From Azolla caroliniana (lineage: Eukaryota; Plantae; Polypodiophyta): a DNA stretch of 64,000 nucleotides. The position numbers and the translations under genes are program-made. The stretch spans positions 21,700,001 through 21,764,000 of the forward strand of contig JBHGNT010000008.1 in NCBI GenBank assembly GCA_043228905.1, given 5' to 3'. Shown here one piece after another: positions 57,838 to 64,000 of the stretch. Under the pieces are notes generated by a model. That model worked only from the letters and a program-made list of their open reading frames with translations, did no database searches and was not told where the DNA came from. Position 1 is the first letter of the stretch, and each line of letters begins with the position of its first letter.

Positions 57838-60800
57838 TGCACCCCCTCCTAACCTGCACATCCTCCGGTATGTGCCAAGTGGAGAAAATTCAACCAAAGT
57901 CTTCTTTCCTTTTATTTGAACATTTGATGCATGCTAATCATCTTCATTCAATTCCGGAATCGACATGAGAGACATCTTCTCCCCTTCAAACTTCTTGTTT
58001 ACATTCTCTTCTAGATGAGTATCATGTGATGAAACTATCGTTACCACTTCTAATTGGATACTTGTAGTTGCCACGTCATGGACCACCTCTTCTTCAACAT
58101 CTTCTTCCCAATTCGAATTAGCTTTCACGGATCATTCATCCTGCAAAATGTCGGGAACAAGAGAGACTCTTTGTTTAAAGAGTTTAATTCATTTACCAGC
58201 AATCGGAATTCGAAGAAGAGTTCCATCAAATTCTGACAAGATATATGTTCCATTTTATCGGACTTATACCACTCGATACGGCCCAAACCATCGATGAGAG
58301 AATTTTCGAATAGATTTGTGTTGATGCTCAAGGCTACTATCAAACACCAAAACCCAATCTCCTTTTTCAATGGGAATATTCCGAACTCGATGTCTCTTGT
58401 CAAATCGATCCTTATTCTTCAATCGAACTTCTTGTTGTTTCCTGGCAGCTTCAGCTATATCCTCCGGACTATTCTCTAATTGCCGAATTCGAATAGCCAA
58501 CAAATCTTCACGTTCCATCTGATCTTCCCAAGGTAAAACTCCCCAAGTGGGAATCATCCGCTCCGTAGGCATAATAGGCTTCTGATCAAAAAGTAGTTCC
58601 GATGGCATAAATCCTGTAACAGAGTTGTGAGTGCATTTATTAGCCCAGAGAGCATAAGGAAGCATGTTAGGCCACATAGAAATTCGGCCATCACATGCTT
58701 TGACCAAAGCTTTCACAATCGGACCATGGCCCCTTTCCACTTTACCATTTCCCTCCGGATTGTATGCAGTAGTCAAAGTCAATCGGATCCCGAATCTTTG
58801 GAAGAACATTCGAGCCTCATCTGAATCAAGCTCCCCTCGATCTGTTACAATCTGCCCAACATTACCATATCTACAAATTACATCCTCTAATAAAAACTTT
58901 AGAACGGCCGATGCAAACTTGTTTCGGAGAGGTCTTCCTTCCACTGGGTTGGACAAATCCTCTCGAGCAAGAACCAAGTATTTCATTTGATTTCGACCAG
59001 AGGGCATATGAACTATATCCACCATCCACTTATAATGTAACACATGTGAGTACGTCATATGTAGCTCATCTCTCACCCTATAATCAGAATACATTTGACA
59101 TTCAATGCATGATTCCACATACCTTTGGATATCCGCATACATTCCCTTCCACCAATACCGATCCTTAATCTTCGAAAATGTGTTGACCACTCCTTTATGT
59201 CCAGCCCAATGACTATCATGAAAATCAGAAATAATCTTATCTTTCTGAACCTGTAAACCGATAGCTCGAGTTGGAGGATCCTTAACTTTCTTTGCAAGTC
59301 TCCAAAGATATCCATCCTTCAAGAGAAACCTATAAGCCTTCTTCCTGAATAGCTGAAAATCCTTTGGTGTCCAATCAGGGCTTCCTTCTTGCACTTGTAG
59401 GAATTTCCCGATTTGCAATAGCTCGCCTTCATATTCCTCCTCTCTAAATTCAGGCACATGCAAACCAATCTCATTACAAAAGAATCCATAATTTATCAAA
59501 ATCATCCTCTTCCTCCAGAGAAGACGGCTCTAGAATAGTCCGTGCTTGGGACAACATATCATCCATAACATTGGTTTTCCCTGTAATGTGTCGGATCTCT
59601 AGGTTAAATGTTTTAATATAGGCAATCCATCTCAACATGGATATATTTGTAGAAGAGCATCCTGAAACCATTCCAAGGATCGACAGACAATCCATCTCAA
59701 TAACCACTTATGATCCAATCAAATAATCCTTGTCTGCTTTAATCGCAGAAACTATGCCCCACAACTCTCTCTTTATTTGAGCATACCTTCTTTGTTGATC
59801 ATGTAAAATCTTTATGCCAAACCGAATAACATATCAATCTCTAGTTTCATCCTCTTGATTAATAACCCATCCAATTCCAGTCGGACTTGCATCCACAGTC
59901 ACAAAGATAGGTCGACCTTGCTCATATATAGGTCGTTGCAAGGCTGGTGCAGATGACAAAAGTATCTTAATCTTCTTCATGGTCAATGTATGCTCCTCCT
60001 CCCATATAAACCTTTGTGTTTTCCGCAATAACTTATATAAGGGATCAGCAATATGTGCAAAATGTGGAATCCAAATATGATAAAAAACACATGCACCTAA
60101 AAACCGTCTTACTTCTTATGTTGACTTGCAGATATCCTCCATTGCATTGATGCCGTCCACCTTGCCTGGATTAGGTTTCCGACCATAGGGGCCACACAAA
60201 TGTCCCACAATCTGCACTTCAGATCTACCAAAACTTTATTTTTCTCCAGAAATTGTCAAATGTGCCTCCTCTAAATTCTTCAATATGTCTTCACAATCTG
60301 CTATATGATCTGAGACGAATTTCCGACATCCATCCGACCCAACTTCTTCATCCTTCTCCTCTTCTAGACATCCTTTAATCGGAATGTCATCCAAGAAAGG
60401 CATTGTTCGATGAGGAATGTGATCCCTGAGCACCTTATTCATTGCGTTCATCATATGAGCGACAGAATTAGTTGCGCCTTGTGATAAAGTACACATTCGA
60501 ACCAACCCAATAGGTGTACGCATTGTAGTAATATCCCTACTATCCAAAGAAAGCTGAAATTGATCATATCCGGAATACAAATCAGCCATGGAGTAGATAA
60601 CTCTACCTGCAAAAGATTCTGCGAAGGAATCCACGACGGGACCAACTCCTGAATTCCGAATCGTTACTTTGTTAACTGGTTGGAGATCTTGAATGAACCT
60701 GAGAGATCTGTTCTTTTTTGGTACTGTAAACCACCAGTTAGAATGCGGAGCATTCGAAGGCTCCAAGATACCCATCTGCACCTTCTCTTTTAGCAACTCA

Positions 60801-63800
60801 ATGAGTTTCGGAATATGAGCTCTTGGAACAAGAATTGGTTTCAAGTTCCAAGGCATATGAGGGATAGTAAAGATAATGATTAGCTCCACCAGTTGTGGGT
60901 CCACACAACCTATCTCTGAAGGTGAAAAAGCAAAAGCCTTACCATGTTGAGATAACATCTTTCGAAATTGGCTTTCTTCAGCTTGATTAAGGAAATCACC
61001 CCCTACTATCTGAAGCTTCCCTTGCGAAGACTCTGTAAACACATGACCAATCCTCCTCGGATCCCGTAACATTGGTTCTTCCTTCACCCTTTTTAGCCGA
61101 TCTACGCTATTAGCCGACAATGGTTCTGCTACCGGTCGAACTTTCCGATCCACTGTCTTATATTTAGTATGGACGCGAGCAACCATATCCATCTGATTTT
61201 GAAATGTTGCAATTTCAGCATACATAACCAATGAATTGGCCGGAATAAAAAATGATTGACCTTCATTTGAATACAAAGAATTTTCCAACTCTCCAATGGT
61301 ATCCACAAAGGAAAGTTCCGGTAGAAGAAAATGAAATTGCTCCGGTATAAGAAATATAAACTTTATTATTTCCGGAACAATTATTCTCATACAGGGACTT
61401 TTGTTGTCCCAGACTATTATAGCCCTGTTTTATAATAGTCCTATCTAAAAATCTCGATTAGAGGATACATGTAAACTATCCTTGTCTCTTTCATGATTAG
61501 GTCGAACTGTCTGAAATTGTACTGTCCTTCCACCATCCATATCTTTGATCCGAGCATAGGACGATCCATCATCCAATACCTTGGTCTCCATGCAGACAAC
61601 AACCATAAAGGGTTGCCCTAATATAACTAGATATGTATGTGGCTGAATCCTGAATAAAGAAATGTTGAAGCACAGTAACACCACCGATTGACACCTCCGC
61701 ATCTGGGCAAGCTCCAGATAACTCCTTTGATGATTGTGTTGCTGCTCGAATCCTCCAATGGTGATCAGAAGTCATTGGCCACCCTCTTTGCTTGTAAACC
61801 TCCAAGGACATGAGGTTTATCTCCGAGCCACTATCAATCAGAGCCATGCCTGCCTCCGATAAACCACCAAGTCGTACTTTCGTTTCTGTAGTTGCCCGAG
61901 CCCAGTGATTCCGAGTAAAGAGGCTCCTCGGAATATTATCTTCATGCTTCAACACTTGTGTAGATCCTTCTTTCCATCTAGCCTCCTTTGCAGTCATTGT
62001 TGTATCAACTGGAATTCACTTTCTTTGCATCTTCTCCAGTAAATCATCCTGAACTTCCTTTTTGGAGACTGCCAACAAGTCTCCTAATGGAACCGAGACA
62101 TGTTGCTTTAGAACATAATTTTCAATGAAAGAGAAAGCATCTACCTCTTGTTCCAATTCAGTTCGCATCTGGAATGTTGGAGATGACTTCTTGGATACTT
62201 GTACAGGGTTTGGTTCAGCCTTTTGCATGTCCAAATTTTGCTTTTTGGATGGAGAATGAAAATCAGCCCTCTTTAGAACTCGTTCACGATCCAACTCTTC
62301 ATCTCTTCTCCTCTTCTCCTCTACCATCATTCATTATTTGTGGGAAAAGTTGGATCACTCCAACCAGTCCTTTGACAACCATCTTCAATAAGAACAATAT
62401 GAATAGTTGGATCTTGCTTAGGCAATTCAATTAGTCGAATAACAACCAAAGTAGAATGGAAAATAGCTTGTGCATGTCGAAGCTCTTCTTCCTCCAAGAA
62501 CTTTTTCATTCCTCCTTGCCCAAAATTTGTCTTTAGTGGTTGACGAGTCACGGATGAGTGGATAAACCGATCCTTGTAGAATATGAGGTTCTTTTGCATC
62601 GCCTCCTGATGCTCCGCACACTCCGATATTCGATGCTCCAAACTGTCACACCATAGGCATCAAAAATCCCTAGTCGGAAGAGTTCGTTGCACTTGTGGCT
62701 GATGTTGCACCTTCGACATGGAAGAAATCTTCCACTCCATGAATTGCTTCACTAGGTCATCTACGTCACTTGGTTGTGGTTTCTCCATAGATGCCTCAAT
62801 CCCTGGTCCGGTCTTCAAAGAGGAGGTCGGAGTAGCATTTCCAAGTCCCTTTGAGCCCAACCATGTTCTTCTTTTCTCATATCGACGGCAAATGGACTGA
62901 ATTCGGCTCCAGTCCTCCTCTAAACCTGTTTTAGTTTCACTTGATTCCATAAGTTTTCCTAGCTCTACCCTATCCGCATAGGGAATTGAGTGAAGGAAGA
63001 GAACCACCTTCTCTGGTTCAAGCAAAGTTTGCTCCCGAACTGAGAGTTGTCGGAACTTTGCTTCAAAATCAGTAAGGGTCTCTAGAACTGACCCATGCTT
63101 CTTGTCCAACTCCATTCAAGCTTCAAATGCCCGCCGAATCATCTTGGTGGAATCAACATAATTAAAAACACCGAGCAAATCACGACGGAATGCCTCCCAT
63201 TCAACATCTTGCGTTTGAAGCTCTTCTATGATAGGAAGAACATCGGCAGCTACCACACGATGGAAGTTGGATTTCTTCAAATCAACGGGAATATTGCGAT
63301 GTAACATCTCCGCATCGAACACCTGCAAAAATCGGGTCACATCCTTTCCAGTGAATGGACCTAACTTCTCTAATACCCCATCCACAGCTCGATCTAGGTT
63401 CGGACTCCTCTCCCTCCCTGTGAGAACAACTTCTAGAATTGATTGAAGTTGTGCAGCATCCATGTTAGAAGAGGTAAAATCCCAAAGAACTGACTCTCCT
63501 TGCCGCCCATTTTCATGTCGGGTTCACCACATGTCGTGTTGAAGCACGTCGCGTATAAGAGCTTGGCGTGTCTGGGCGGAACCGCTGGAGTTTTGAACCA
63601 GGAGAGTGGAAATAAGAAGATGAAATAGAAGAGTGGGAAGTCGAGCCGGAAGTATCTCAATAGTCACGAGTGGTTTGCAACCCTACCCGTGAAGACAAAA
63701 AACCTTATATCGTTCCACCTACGTAACCAAATTCAGTGTACAAACACAGATTGGAAAGCCCTCTGGAAGAGATATCCAAAGAGCTATAGACCGTAAAAAA

Positions 63801-64000
63801 CAGACGTCAGAATTGAGAGTTATGAAGAAAATACCGTACAACACTACTCCTCAAACGCAGACGAAGAAGAAATGCCAAAATAGGAAAAATCACTATTTCT
63901 TCGAGAGAAAAACCCTTTACAAAATAGGAATGCCAAAATAGGAAAAATCACTATTTCTTCGAGAGAAAAAACCTTTACAAAATAGGACTCTCTGATTGTT
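56985..64000 (-). mobile_element. Non-chromovirus Ty3/gypsy retrotransposon with a tRNA-Trp PBS, degenerate; 5' LTR truncated by the window end
   Basis: 3' LTR 56985-57837; 5' LTR from 63532. PPT AGGAGGGGGTGCA on the minus strand (57838-57850). PBS TGGTGAACCCGACATGAA matches the 3' end of plant tRNA-Trp as I recall it (17/18). Gag from 63463, protease LIDSGSEINL, RT FIQDLQPVNK/PFLDD, RNase H VDASPTGIG, integrase WMVDIVHMP..TDRG..NGKVER. No chromodomain. Confidence 0.92.

Noticed and set aside
61430-61460. Programmed -1 frameshift at GAT TTT TAG between protease and RT
   Set aside because: The motif is suggestive and the -1 frame stays open for ~60 codons, but the RT ORF is in the 0 frame and the copy has other frameshifts. 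It cannot be supported from this copy.

Overview
Eukaryotic plant nuclear DNA. It is most consistent with a fern such as Ceratopteris or Adiantum, inferred from the style of the PLS-PPR gene and the retroelement set. Bases 1-27 kb are a nest of LTR retrotransposons, with boundaries read from TG..CA ends, PBS/PPT and target-site duplications (TSDs). An old Tork/Tnt1-like copia (11685-21166) carries a very young, nearly intact copia (14150-19480), a solo LTR, and a gag-only non-autonomous gypsy; that gypsy in turn holds a second copia and a chromovirus fragment. A complete Tcn1-like chromovirus follows (21526-26205). Bases 28-56 kb form a gene island: a 5-exon orphan ORF, SGF11, a PLS-E PPR gene, an O-fucosyltransferase (GT-PF10250 type) and a divergent MINDY deubiquitinase, plus MITEs and microsatellites. 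A tRNA-Trp-primed non-chromovirus gypsy runs from 56985 to the window end. Four unexplained signals stand out. (1) An LTR family with TGTCG/TGTCA..GACA ends has 4-bp target sites centred on CpG (ACGG/CCGT). (2) tRNA-like Pol III A/B-box cassettes recur inside LTRs of two unrelated gypsy lineages, mostly antisense. (3) The Tcn1-like element has a Tf1-style self-priming PBS. (4) Its LTRs carry a 7-unit perfect heat-shock element. All coordinates were read by eye and no database searches were run.
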